Shown piece after piece: positions 20,144-29,161 of a stretch of DNA of 43,173 nt. Every line of letters starts with the position of its first letter. The first letter of the stretch is position 1. Under the pieces are notes generated by a model. It had not been told where the DNA came from and made no database searches. It saw only the letters and a program-made list of their open reading frames with translations. The translations under genes and the position numbers were made by a program. Source of the stretch: Bacteroidales bacterium (GTDB lineage Bacteria > Bacteroidota > Bacteroidia > Bacteroidales > B18-G4); the NCBI GenBank assembly GCA_030606625.1, contig JAUWGC010000003.1, positions 1 to 43,173 on the forward strand, in the 5' to 3' direction.

Positions 20144-20827
20144 CTACCTGGTTATATCACTGACAACCTTGCCATCATCTATGGTTATGATCCTTCTGGC
20201 TTTATCCATAACACGCTGGTCATGGGTTGAAAAAATAAAGGTGATCTTTGACTCTTCATTCATCTGCTGCATCATATCCAGGAGCTCGCCGGTGGACTTT
20301 GAATCAAGATTGGCTGTTGGTTCATCTGCCAGGATAAATTTGGGCCTTGGTGCCAGTGCCCTTGCGACGGCAACCCGTTGTTGCTGGCCTCCTGATAAAT
20401 TACCCGGTCGGTTGTTGATCTTGTCACCAACTCCCACGGATTCAAGTAATTCTTTAGCCCGGTTCACACGTTTTTCCTTAGACCATCCCTGAAGTTGCAT
20501 GATGAAGGTTACATTCTCCAGTGCAGTCAAAACAGGGATCAGGTTGTATGCCTGGAAGACAAAACCAATATTCCGTAGCCTGAAATCAATAAGTTTCCCG
20601 GACTTTAAAGTCCTGAGATTTATTCCGTCAATATAAACTTCACCCTCAGATGGTACGTCAAGGCCTCCAAGCATATTCATAAATGTGGTTTTTCCTGATC
20701 CTGAAGGCCCTACTATTGCGGTGAATTCTCCTTCTTCAAAACTAATATCGATGCCATTAACAGCATTGACAGGGATCTTGGTTTCCCGGTAAACCCTGTG
20801 CAGATTTTTTACTTCAATTACAGCCAT
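20144..20827 (-). CDS. ABC transporter ATPase (LolD/MacB type)
   Basis: GPSGSGKTT, IGFVFQAYNL, LSGGQQQRVAVAR, ADEPTANLD, STHD. Confidence 0.93.
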   Translation of the reverse strand: MAVIEVKNLHRVYRETKIPVNAVNGIDISFEEGEFTAIVGPSGSGKTTFMNMLGGLDVPSEGEVYIDGINLRTLKSGKLIDFRLRNIGFVFQAYNLIPVLTALENVTFIMQLQGWSKEKRVNRAKELLESVGVGDKINNRPGNLSGGQQQRVAVARALAPRPKFILADEPTANLDSKSTGELLDMMQQMNEESKITFIFSTHDQRVMDKARRIITIDDGKVVSDITR

Positions 20828-20857
20828 TTTTTTTTATTTTTATTTTTATTTTCCGTT

Positions 20858-22081
20858 TTATATATCCTCCCGTATGGCACTTGCCGGTTGCAGTTTTAAT
20901 GCTTTTCTTGCAGGCCATATTGATGCAATGCCCGCAGTAATAATTACAGTTATGGTGATGATGATGTAAAACATGGTTTTGACCGTCGGATATACAAAAG
21001 CACTGTATCCCAATGCTTCAAGGCCTTCTGCCACACTGGCAAAATTGATACCGTATTTGCCTGTAATCCCAACAGTTATAATGCTCAGGAATATGCCTAA
21101 AACAGCTCCCGTGACCGATAAAAATATAGTCTCCATCAAAATCATCATAAAAACTTTTCTTTTGTTCATTCCAATGGCCATCAGCATTCCGATCTCCCTG
21201 GTTCTTTCCAGTATAGACATTAACATAGCATTAACGATCCCGAATGTCAGGGCAAAAAGGATGATCACTATCATAATATATGAATACTGGTCCATTAGAG
21301 TGATTATAGCTACCAATGAAGGATCTGTTTCTTTCCAGGATAAGACACTTAACTTTTTGAATTTATCTTTTAAATTATTTGATACCTGGTCAGTGAGATC
21401 ATTGTTATCCAGTAAGATTGCGATTTCAGATGTCTTGTCAGGATCCAACCCGATAAGTTCAACAAGGCTATGGTTTTCAACAAATACATTCATCTCATCA
21501 AATATGGCATTGGAGGTTTTATAGATCCCGGCCACCCTGAATAACCCGTATGAAATATCGCCTGAGAGACTTTGTATCGTAATTACGACCTTTGAGCCCG
21601 GTTTTGCTTTTAGCTTTTCTGCCAATTTTTTACTGATCAGAATGGATGATGTCCTTGATCTTTTTTCAAAATAATTTCCTTTAACAAGTTTTTGATGTAT
21701 ATCAGTTACTAATTTTTCTTTTTCAGGAATGATTCCACTGATGATCACACCATTGCCCGAGTTGGCAGTACTTGCCATTGCTGTTGTTTTAATTCTTTTA
21801 CAAACAGCTTTAACTCCCGGGGTTTGACTGATGAGATGGACAATTGAATCGGCATGATCGATCGTGAAATTAATGGATTTGTCTTCAAGAAATCTGGGAT
21901 CGTGAATCTGGATATTGGATATCTCATTGCTGATTGACGCATCGACCTTCTGCTCTATCCATCCGTTTGATACAGCTATCATAAAGATGCTCCCGAATAA
22001 TCCCAGGGCAATGGCAAGTATCACCACCAAACTCCTGAGTTTATTTCTCCAGACATTTCTCCATGAAACTGATAAAATCAT
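20858..22081 (-). CDS. ABC permease (LolC/E, FtsX-like)
   Basis: WRNVWRNKLRS, ERTREIGMLMAIG, PARKA. Confidence 0.9.
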   Translation of the reverse strand: MILSVSWRNVWRNKLRSLVVILAIALGLFGSIFMIAVSNGWIEQKVDASISNEISNIQIHDPRFLEDKSINFTIDHADSIVHLISQTPGVKAVCKRIKTTAMASTANSGNGVIISGIIPEKEKLVTDIHQKLVKGNYFEKRSRTSSILISKKLAEKLKAKPGSKVVITIQSLSGDISYGLFRVAGIYKTSNAIFDEMNVFVENHSLVELIGLDPDKTSEIAILLDNNDLTDQVSNNLKDKFKKLSVLSWKETDPSLVAIITLMDQYSYIMIVIILFALTFGIVNAMLMSILERTREIGMLMAIGMNKRKVFMMILMETIFLSVTGAVLGIFLSIITVGITGKYGINFASVAEGLEALGYSAFVYPTVKTMFYIIITITVIITAGIASIWPARKALKLQPASAIREDI

Positions 22082-22106
22082 AATCTTTGTATTTATATGT
22101 TAAAAT

Positions 22107-23330
22107 TTATTTTCCTTTGAAAGCTTTTAAGATATTAAAACGCAATACATATACTATCGGGTAAATAACTGCCAAAAAAGTCAGGATAAGTACCACGATA
22201 CTTTGATTCAGGAAGATGTTCCATTCAAAAGCAAATGGCATCACAGGTTCTGCATTAAACTCCGTCATGGCTTTGGCTGCTTCTCCAGTCAGCCGGATAG
22301 GATGCTTGAAAAAATGCCAGATGAGGGGGATGCTGGCAATTACACCGGTTATAATGGCGATAATCGCAATGAAGATGGTTTCCAGGAAAAGTATTCTTGA
22401 AAGTTTAAACCTTTGCATACCCACAGAGACCAGCAAGGCAAATTCCCTTTTCCGTTCCATTGTCATCATGAGCATGGTTCCGAAAATACCAAATGCCACC
22501 ACCATATAAAGGATTCCAAGCATGAATAAACCGCTGATATTATCACTTTGAATACCCTGCATCAACTCTTTCAGCATTTGCTTCCATGTCATGATCTCAT
22601 AATCATTTCCCAGAAGACTAATCAGTGTATTAGCGGTTTTTGCCAGGTTATCAGGTTCATCTAACATGATTGACAGTGAAGTCAGCCGGTTTGGAGCTGC
22701 ATAAAAATATTGAGCATCTTCAAGCCGCATATAAACCAATTGGTTATTCATATCTGGTGCCGTGAAATGCAGAATGCCAATCACCCTGAATTCACCTGCT
22801 GCAGTGACACCGTGATAACCCTGGCTTAACAAAACTATTGAATCGCCTGTATCGACTTTCAGGTATTTTGCAAGGTTTTCCGCAAGTAATATTTCATCTT
22901 TACCTTCATTGAAGTATCTGCCTCTGATCAGCTTCTTTTCCAGGGCGGTTGTTTTATTTTCTATACCGGGGTGTGTTCCGATCACGGCGACACCTTTTGT
23001 CTGGTCGCCTGATGAAGCCAGGGCAAATGATTCGAGCCTCGGAATAATACTGGTTATATTATCTGTGGAAAGTAATGTTTCATCCAACTCCTCACTGTTC
23101 TCAAAGGTATTGTTGATGGTTTTATCATCCCAGTAACCTGGCGCGTGTATCTGAATATACCCGGTTGTGTTTTTAATGACAGTATTTATCATACTGCCAT
23201 ATGTTCCCACTTGCATGGATCGCATAAGCAGTGCAAGAAAAACTGCGAAAAAAACAGAAGAAATGGTAAGTATTGTTCTTCTTTTGTTTCTCCATAAATT
23301 CCGCCAGGCCAGTTGTATGTGTTCTTTCAT
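22107..23330 (-). CDS. ABC permease (LolC/E, FtsX-like)
   Basis: LAWRNLWRNKRRT, ERKREFALLVSVG. Confidence 0.9.
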   Translation of the reverse strand: MKEHIQLAWRNLWRNKRRTILTISSVFFAVFLALLMRSMQVGTYGSMINTVIKNTTGYIQIHAPGYWDDKTINNTFENSEELDETLLSTDNITSIIPRLESFALASSGDQTKGVAVIGTHPGIENKTTALEKKLIRGRYFNEGKDEILLAENLAKYLKVDTGDSIVLLSQGYHGVTAAGEFRVIGILHFTAPDMNNQLVYMRLEDAQYFYAAPNRLTSLSIMLDEPDNLAKTANTLISLLGNDYEIMTWKQMLKELMQGIQSDNISGLFMLGILYMVVAFGIFGTMLMMTMERKREFALLVSVGMQRFKLSRILFLETIFIAIIAIITGVIASIPLIWHFFKHPIRLTGEAAKAMTEFNAEPVMPFAFEWNIFLNQSIVVLILTFLAVIYPIVYVLRFNILKAFKGK

Positions 23331-24091
23331 CTTACTTTCTTCATATTTTGCTGAGAGAAGAAACCTTCCGGAAAGGGCTTGTTAAATTCCATTTCGCTGA
23401 TCTCAATTATGGTTTTGTGACCTTTCTTATTGACAGGTTCCATAACCATTATTGATGGTAGTTTTCTATCTCCCATTTGTTTGATTTCCGAACAGATTTC
23501 CCTGTTAACCAACAGCATATCTTCATCATAAAATTCAATTCTTAGCTGGTGATATTCTTCTTTTGCTATCCAGACAAGGACTTTGCCCCAGACAACTGCA
23601 GCATCGGGTAATGGGATCATTTCGATCCGGTAGCAGTCGATTCCGTCGATGGTTTTATCCCCGACGATCTTGTGGGTGTAGTCATTTACATAAGAATTCA
23701 TTTTCACCAGGTCATCGTTGGTAAAGTCTGATCCCATCCATGATTGACTCATCATTGATGGAGGTATCTTGATCATCCGGCTGATAGACGGCATCCAGTT
23801 CCACATGTCGAATTCCCTTTTCAAAAACACCTGGCCCTTGTCCCTTGCAGGGGAAGTGATAAGGATAAGGTAATAATCATCACCCTTTGACCATGATTTC
23901 ATGGTAACATCCCTCGACCATGCCGGCCGGACGACGGTCATTTTCATGATTCCCTGACTTGATAACCCGTTGATCTTATCCTGTGCTTTTTGTACGATTT
24001 CTTTTCCGGTCGGGGTTTGTGCAGTCATATTAACCATACCGGATAAAATTACGATTAAAAAAACACTAACTATTTTATTTATTTTTTTCAT
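23327..24091 (-). CDS. LolA-like outer-membrane lipoprotein-sorting protein
   Basis: Signal peptide, PARDKG, W.W.P, SWMGSDFT.DD; 4-bp overlap with the permease. Confidence 0.8.
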   Translation of the reverse strand: MKKINKIVSVFLIVILSGMVNMTAQTPTGKEIVQKAQDKINGLSSQGIMKMTVVRPAWSRDVTMKSWSKGDDYYLILITSPARDKGQVFLKREFDMWNWMPSISRMIKIPPSMMSQSWMGSDFTNDDLVKMNSYVNDYTHKIVGDKTIDGIDCYRIEMIPLPDAAVVWGKVLVWIAKEEYHQLRIEFYDEDMLLVNREICSEIKQMGDRKLPSIMVMEPVNKKGHKTIIEISEMEFNKPFPEGFFSQQNMKKVR

Positions 24092-24686
24092 TCTGTTCTT
24101 TTTGTGAATTTTTATGACTGAATACATCTATTATCTTTTGTGTTATTTCTTCAAGCGGAAATTTATCAGGGTCCGCAACATAGTTGAGACTCACTCCGTC
24201 CATCACTGCTCCGAAAAACAATGCCTCAGTAACCGGGTTGCTTACCCCCCGTTTATTATAGTATTTTGCCATGATGTTTATATACTTAGGCATAAACTCA
24301 CCGATTCTCTCTTTCACCACTTTGAATACCGGTGGTTGCATACTGATGGCAAAAAATAATTTCCAGTGCTGGATATTATTTTTAATAAGCCTGAAGTTTT
24401 CATGTACCAGGTAATCAAATTCATCTTCCGTAAGGACTCCGTCACGATCGGGATCAAATGTTTCAAATAATTCATCGATTCCCTGGTTAATGATCTCTTT
24501 GATCAGGTCCTCTTTACTTTTAAAATAATTATATAACAATCCCTTTGAAATCCCGGCCTTTTTAGCTATAATGCTGATAGAAGTAGGATAGTACCCCTGG
24601 TTGGCAAAAAGTTCCAGAGCTGTATCCATGATAAGTTTTTTTTTGCTTTCCCTGATTTGTTCGTATTGATCTTCTGTGCGTGGCAT
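24075..24686 (-). CDS. TetR/AcrR family regulator
   Basis: ALELFANQGYYPTSISIIAKKAGISKGLLYNYFKSKEDL helix-turn-helix. Confidence 0.92.
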   Translation of the reverse strand: MPRTEDQYEQIRESKKKLIMDTALELFANQGYYPTSISIIAKKAGISKGLLYNYFKSKEDLIKEIINQGIDELFETFDPDRDGVLTEDEFDYLVHENFRLIKNNIQHWKLFFAISMQPPVFKVVKERIGEFMPKYINIMAKYYNKRGVSNPVTEALFFGAVMDGVSLNYVADPDKFPLEEITQKIIDVFSHKNSQKEQNEKNK

Positions 24687-24699
24687 AAGTTTGAATTCA

Positions 24700-24767
24700 G
24701 ATTGACTGGTCATTCGATCATAAAACAGATAAAATAAATTCGTTGAATGAACGACCGGTCAAAAATA
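24700..24767 (-). promoter_or_regulatory. TetR promoter with two putative operator palindromes
   Basis: TATTTTTG on the minus strand at 24760-24767; GATTGACTGGTCATTC at 24700-24715 and GACCGGTC at 24753-24760. Confidence 0.55.
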
Positions 24768-24852
24768 ATATATATAATTTAATTTGTCAAGGAATTTTGT
24801 GATTTTTTTTACCACTGTCCAGTAAAGAGTTCTGAATTAGCTGGTAAGGGGT

Positions 24853-24943
24853 TATACGACTTCCTGTTTGCGGTGTAGGTTTATAACCGAATATTTTGCT
24901 TTTTGATAAGTTCCGCTGCGGATATATTACGAATTAATTTCAT
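24853..24943 (-). pseudogene. hicA: HicA-like toxin remnant, frameshifted and truncated
   Basis: ATGA overlap with the hicB stop; MKLIRNISAAELIK, then a frameshift, then KIFGYKPTPQTGSRI; in-frame TAA at 24881-24883. Confidence 0.7.
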
Positions 24944-25152
24944 ACTGCAATTGCAAATGTTTCTTCTCTGACAAAATGCAATCTAACGATTTTAGGATGT
25001 TTATCTTTTTCAAAATGGCAAATTACAGCGTCTTTAATTTCAGCTTTTAATTCGGATAAAGTATCGGCCTCAGTGAAGATACTTTCACCGAGTGATTTTG
25101 CAATAAAACCGCCTTCCGGTGCTTCTTCAACTATAAAAATTATTTCTCTCAT
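24940..25152 (-). CDS. hicB: HicB-like antitoxin (short, N-terminal domain only)
   Basis: IIFIVEEAPEGGFIA...IFTEADTLSELKAEIKDAV; minus-strand TATATTTG promoter at 25169-25176. Confidence 0.75.
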   Translation of the reverse strand: MREIIFIVEEAPEGGFIAKSLGESIFTEADTLSELKAEIKDAVICHFEKDKHPKIVRLHFVREETFAIAV

Positions 25153-25312
25153 TTCTTTCAATTTGATACAAATATATGAAAATAATTATTTCACGTGGCA
25201 GGCCCAGCTATTCCCTGCCGTTCAAAATTTTTAAATCACAATATTCACGATTCACGAATAAAATCTTTGTGCCGAAAAACGGAAAATCATTGATTTACGT
25301 AGTTTTTTGAGC

Positions 25313-25383
25313 ATCCTCGACCCATAGGTCGGGATTTTAGTGAACCTCAGATGTCATCTCCCATTCGTGAGATGACATCTAAG
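25313..25383. repeat. Two adjacent extragenic palindromes
   Basis: ATCC-T-CGACC-CATA-GGTCG-GGAT at 25313-25335; AGATGTCATCTC-N8-GAGATGACATCT, a perfect 12-bp stem, at 25349-25380. Confidence 0.7.
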
Positions 25384-25675
25384 TCTTAATCCTTATTTTA
25401 TTGGAAGATGGTTTGTGAGTTATAAAAATAGATTAATGAATACAAAAATAGGATCAATGAATGCAGCCTATCTGCATTTATTTAGAATAAATAATCACAC
25501 CATGAGGATGTGATTGGTTAGTTGATTATATAACGAGATAACACTGTTTCAGCAAACTTTTTTTCATTTCAAACGTATTATTGAACAAATAGCTAAATTG
25601 TTATTTGAAGAATTATAACAATTATAATAATTTGACCAGTAATTTAAAAATTCTAAATCAAAATTTATGTAAACA

Positions 25676-25711
25676 TTTGATTTTTATCTTTTTACTTTTG
25701 TCTTTTATCTT
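25676..25711. repeat. Heptamer repeat of the TTTTRTC type
   Basis: TTTTATC TTTTTAC TTTTGTC TTTTATC. Confidence 0.65.
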
Positions 25712-25843
25712 CTGCATGAATAATGCAGGCTAAAAAATACCCTTAAACTTTAGATCTTATTTATTACTTAAGTAGTTTACGATTTTATAATAGTTTGTTT
25801 TACGATATATACTAATTTGCCTTACAATAAATAGTCTAAAGTA

Positions 25844-26857
25844 ATGAAAATAAAAATTATTTTTTTCCTGTTTATTAGTATTATAACTGTTATTTGTGTT
25901 CTTTTTAGTGAATCATGTAAGAAGGATGATTCAGATGATAAAACTCCAGATGGTGGAGATAGCCTGCCAACTTTAACAACAGTTTCTATATATTCTATTA
26001 CACAAAACTCAGCTCAGATAAGATGTGAAGTTACCAGCGATGGTGGTATCCCGGTAACAACAAGAGGAGTGTGTTGGAATACTTATTTACATCCAACCAT
26101 ACTTGATAGTATTACTGTTGATGGAGATAGCACCGGGGTATATACAAGTAATCTCAGTCTTTTAATCCCTAGCACAATTTATTATGTAAGAGCCTATGCA
26201 AAAAATAGCAAAGGAATAGTCTATGGAAATGAATTAAGCTTTACAACTCTAGTACAGCATTGCCAGGGAATACCTACAGTGTATTACAATGGTCAGATAT
26301 ACCATACAGTACAAATTGGCAATCAGTGCTGGCTTATAGAAAACCTGAATGTGGGAACAAGGATTAATGGCAGTAAGGAACAAACAGATAACGGGATTAT
26401 TGAAAAATATTGTTACAAAAATGATCATGCCAATTGTGATATCTATGGTGGTTTATATCAGTGGAATGAATTGATGCAATACACTAACACTCAGGGAACG
26501 CAAGGAATATGCCCTCCGGGTTGGCATATACCAACCGATAAAGAGTTGACGACACTAATTAGTTATTTGGGAGGAGAAGATTTTGCGGGAGGAAGAATGA
26601 AGGAAGTAAATACAACGCACTGGTTGTTTCCAAATACGGGAGCTACCAATTCCAAAGGTTTTACAGCGCTTCCTGGTGGCTTTCGGAACAGCAATAGATA
26701 CTTCTACCTTCTGAAAAGTTACGCTCACTTTTCGTCGTCTACCGAGTATTCTTCAAACCTTGCCTGGTATCGTAATCTTAATTATTTTAGCGATGACGTC
26801 CTCCGGTACCACGGCAATAAACAGTATGGTTATTCTGTACGCTGTCTTAAGGATTAG
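25844..26857 (+). CDS. Lipoprotein with an FN3-like domain and a Fibrobacter succinogenes major paralogous (FISUMP, C-type lectin-like) domain
   Basis: Lipobox SES-C-KKDD; RGVCW...YYVRAYA.N..G..YG; YHTVQIGNQCWLIENL, YGGLYQW, GICPPGWHIPT, GFTALPGG.R, GYSVRCLKD. Confidence 0.9.
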   Translation: MKIKIIFFLFISIITVICVLFSESCKKDDSDDKTPDGGDSLPTLTTVSIYSITQNSAQIRCEVTSDGGIPVTTRGVCWNTYLHPTILDSITVDGDSTGVYTSNLSLLIPSTIYYVRAYAKNSKGIVYGNELSFTTLVQHCQGIPTVYYNGQIYHTVQIGNQCWLIENLNVGTRINGSKEQTDNGIIEKYCYKNDHANCDIYGGLYQWNELMQYTNTQGTQGICPPGWHIPTDKELTTLISYLGGEDFAGGRMKEVNTTHWLFPNTGATNSKGFTALPGGFRNSNRYFYLLKSYAHFSSSTEYSSNLAWYRNLNYFSDDVLRYHGNKQYGYSVRCLKD

Positions 26858-26874
26858 GTCATTTGACAACAATC

Positions 26875-26935
26875 AACCTTACCCTGTAATTTGTAACTTG
26901 TATACCTCATACCTTATATCTCACGTACTGCATTC
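26875..26935. repeat. Degenerate heptamer repeats between convergent genes
   Basis: CTGTAAT TTGTAAC TTGTA; TACCTCA TACCTTA TATCTCA. Confidence 0.55.
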
Positions 26936-26965
26936 CTGATTAATTAACGATTCACAGATTAACGT

Positions 26966-27472
26966 TCACTGCTTATCCATCAACTTATCAAGGTTTCTTT
27001 TAAATGATTCAGCACGCTGTGTTCCTAACAGAAAAAGCTTACCGTTGCTCAATTCAAACTGTATTCCGATATTCCTGCTGGCATTATAAGCAGAACCTTT
27101 TTTTCCATAGCCAGTGCGAATTCCCCATCCGCCATATTCTTTTATAGGTTTGTATTTTATGATCTCATAGTGTTCTATTTCTTCTGGCTTGATAGTTCTG
27201 AATTTCCTTTGAAAAGGAAGAAATTTGTAATGAACACCTTCATTATCAATAATTGTGATTAGTTTAATTTGGAAGAACATAATTATTATGGCAAGAGGAA
27301 TGATCCCAATAACAATTAAAAACTCATCTGATGTATGATTACCGCCAAATGGCATTCCAATAATGATTTGTTGAATGAATACATACAACCAGAAACCGGT
27401 CGAAATGAAAATAATAATCCATATCCAAGGCTGATTGAATTTCTGTTCTTCCTTAAATCTGATTTTTTTCAT
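26966..27472 (-). CDS. Membrane protein, DUF6141-like
   Basis: FKEEQKF.Q.W, two transmembrane segments, YKPIKEYGGWGIR, LLGTQR. Confidence 0.65.
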   Translation of the reverse strand: MKKIRFKEEQKFNQPWIWIIIFISTGFWLYVFIQQIIIGMPFGGNHTSDEFLIVIGIIPLAIIIMFFQIKLITIIDNEGVHYKFLPFQRKFRTIKPEEIEHYEIIKYKPIKEYGGWGIRTGYGKKGSAYNASRNIGIQFELSNGKLFLLGTQRAESFKRNLDKLMDKQ

Positions 27473-27568
27473 TGTTGCTAATATTTATATATTCATGGGA
27501 ATCCACTTAAGGGTGTGATCATGTACTTTAAGCTAATGTGAATTAAGCTAATAATTTTTATGAACGTT

Positions 27569-28834
27569 TTAAAATTGTCTTTCTGAGATCAATGTTCTGA
27601 AATCTGCACCTGATGGATTCTGAAAGGTCCGCAGATCAAACTGGGGAATGACTGCAAGAATATGGTCAAAGATATCAGACTGAATATCTTCATATTTAGC
27701 CCATTCCTGTACTTTGCTGAATACGTATATTTCAATAGGGAGTCCTTTTTCATTCGGCTGGAGCTGTCTGACCAGAAATGTCATATTGGTGTTGATTATG
27801 GGATTACCGGAAAGATATCCTTTTAGATATGCTCTGAACACTCCAATGTTGGTCTGGCGGCGACCATTTACCAGCACGGAATTATCAATATTATGTTTTT
27901 TATTGTATTCCCGGATCTTATTTTCAGTCTTTTCAACATATTTAGCCACATACTGAATTTTTTTAAACCGTTCAAGCATTTCAGGTGTGCAGAATTTAAT
28001 GCTGTTCATATCGATATTAATCGAGCGTTTAATCCTGCGTCCTCCTGATTCTTCCATGCCCCGCCAGTTCATGAAATAATCTGTAACCAGGTTATATGTT
28101 GGTACTGTAGTAATGGTTTTGTCCCAGTTCTGTACCTTGACAGTGGTCAGTGAAATATCAATGACCGTACCGTTTGCACCAAATTTCGGCATTTCAATCC
28201 AGTCGCCGATCTTGACCATATTATTGGCTGATAAGGTAATACCACCAACAAACCCAAGGATGGAGTCCTTAAAGATAAGCATAAGGACAGCCGAGAGTGC
28301 TCCGAAACCAGCGATCCAGCCAAAATTATTCCTGCCCAGCAATATTGTAATAATGCCTGCAATCGCCAGAATATAAATAATGATCTTAATAACCTGGATA
28401 TATCCCTTAATGGGTTTGGTCTTGCTGATTTCGTAGCTGGAGTATATTTCGTTGAATGCATTGATAGAAGAGAGTATGATCTGAACAACAATGATCACCA
28501 TATAAATACTAACAATTAACTTTATAGCTTTGACAAGTAATTCATATTCCTCCAGAAAGTACGGGGTCAGGAAAATGATAATCAGGGCAGGAGCAAGATA
28601 GGCGAATCTATGGAAGACCCTTTTTTCAATTAAAATATCATCCCATATATTTTTTGTTCTTTTGGCAATTACATGTATAGCCCTGACGACCAACTTTTTG
28701 GTGATATAAAAGCCAATGATTGATATTATTAGTAAAAAAATGACCCCGGCTAGTTCTGTAAAAAATGTTGCCGGATTTTCTGATAACCCTAACTGGATAA
28801 ACCAGTCATTTATATGGTTCATCAATTGTTTCAT
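27569..28834 (-). CDS. MscS-family mechanosensitive channel (YbdG-like)
   Basis: FKDSILGFV, GDWIEMP, VKVQNWDKT, NWRGMEESGGRRIKRS, RRQTNIGVFR, QSDIFDH; minus-strand TAGTTTTG at 28960-28967. Confidence 0.9.
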   Translation of the reverse strand: MKQLMNHINDWFIQLGLSENPATFFTELAGVIFLLIISIIGFYITKKLVVRAIHVIAKRTKNIWDDILIEKRVFHRFAYLAPALIIIFLTPYFLEEYELLVKAIKLIVSIYMVIIVVQIILSSINAFNEIYSSYEISKTKPIKGYIQVIKIIIYILAIAGIITILLGRNNFGWIAGFGALSAVLMLIFKDSILGFVGGITLSANNMVKIGDWIEMPKFGANGTVIDISLTTVKVQNWDKTITTVPTYNLVTDYFMNWRGMEESGGRRIKRSINIDMNSIKFCTPEMLERFKKIQYVAKYVEKTENKIREYNKKHNIDNSVLVNGRRQTNIGVFRAYLKGYLSGNPIINTNMTFLVRQLQPNEKGLPIEIYVFSKVQEWAKYEDIQSDIFDHILAVIPQFDLRTFQNPSGADFRTLISERQF

Positions 28835-29161
28835 TGTAAAAAAGTTATTGATATTAATGTGTAGTGTAGCATAACATAACTTGCTCTGTAAGGAGTGCCT
28901 ATGGCACAATCCGTAACAATACGTTTAATAAAAAAATCAAGTTAATAATAATACTTTCTCAAAACTAAACAAAAAAGTCTTTCTGGCAACTATTTAACGA
29001 ATTCAAATTTTTATTAATGATTTCATAACTTTTAGTTATTATTATCGTATAATGCATCTAGCGATTTACATGCATCCTGATACAATTAGTTCCTAGCTAA
29101 ACCTGAATCTCTATTTTACAGGTCCTGCAATCATTTTCATAATAACAAAAATCAAAAAGCT

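Noticed and set aside
24899-24907. Programmed -1 frameshift at ATC-AAA-AAG in hicA
   Set aside because: The HicA-like continuation is in the +1 frame, not -1, and the catalytic His and the C-terminus are lost in any case.
25648-25675. dif-like site around TTATGTAAAC
   Set aside because: Only a XerD-like half is present; there is no credible XerC arm.
28895-28907. GTGCC-TAT-GGCAC mini-palindrome
   Set aside because: A 5-bp stem is too short to distinguish from chance.
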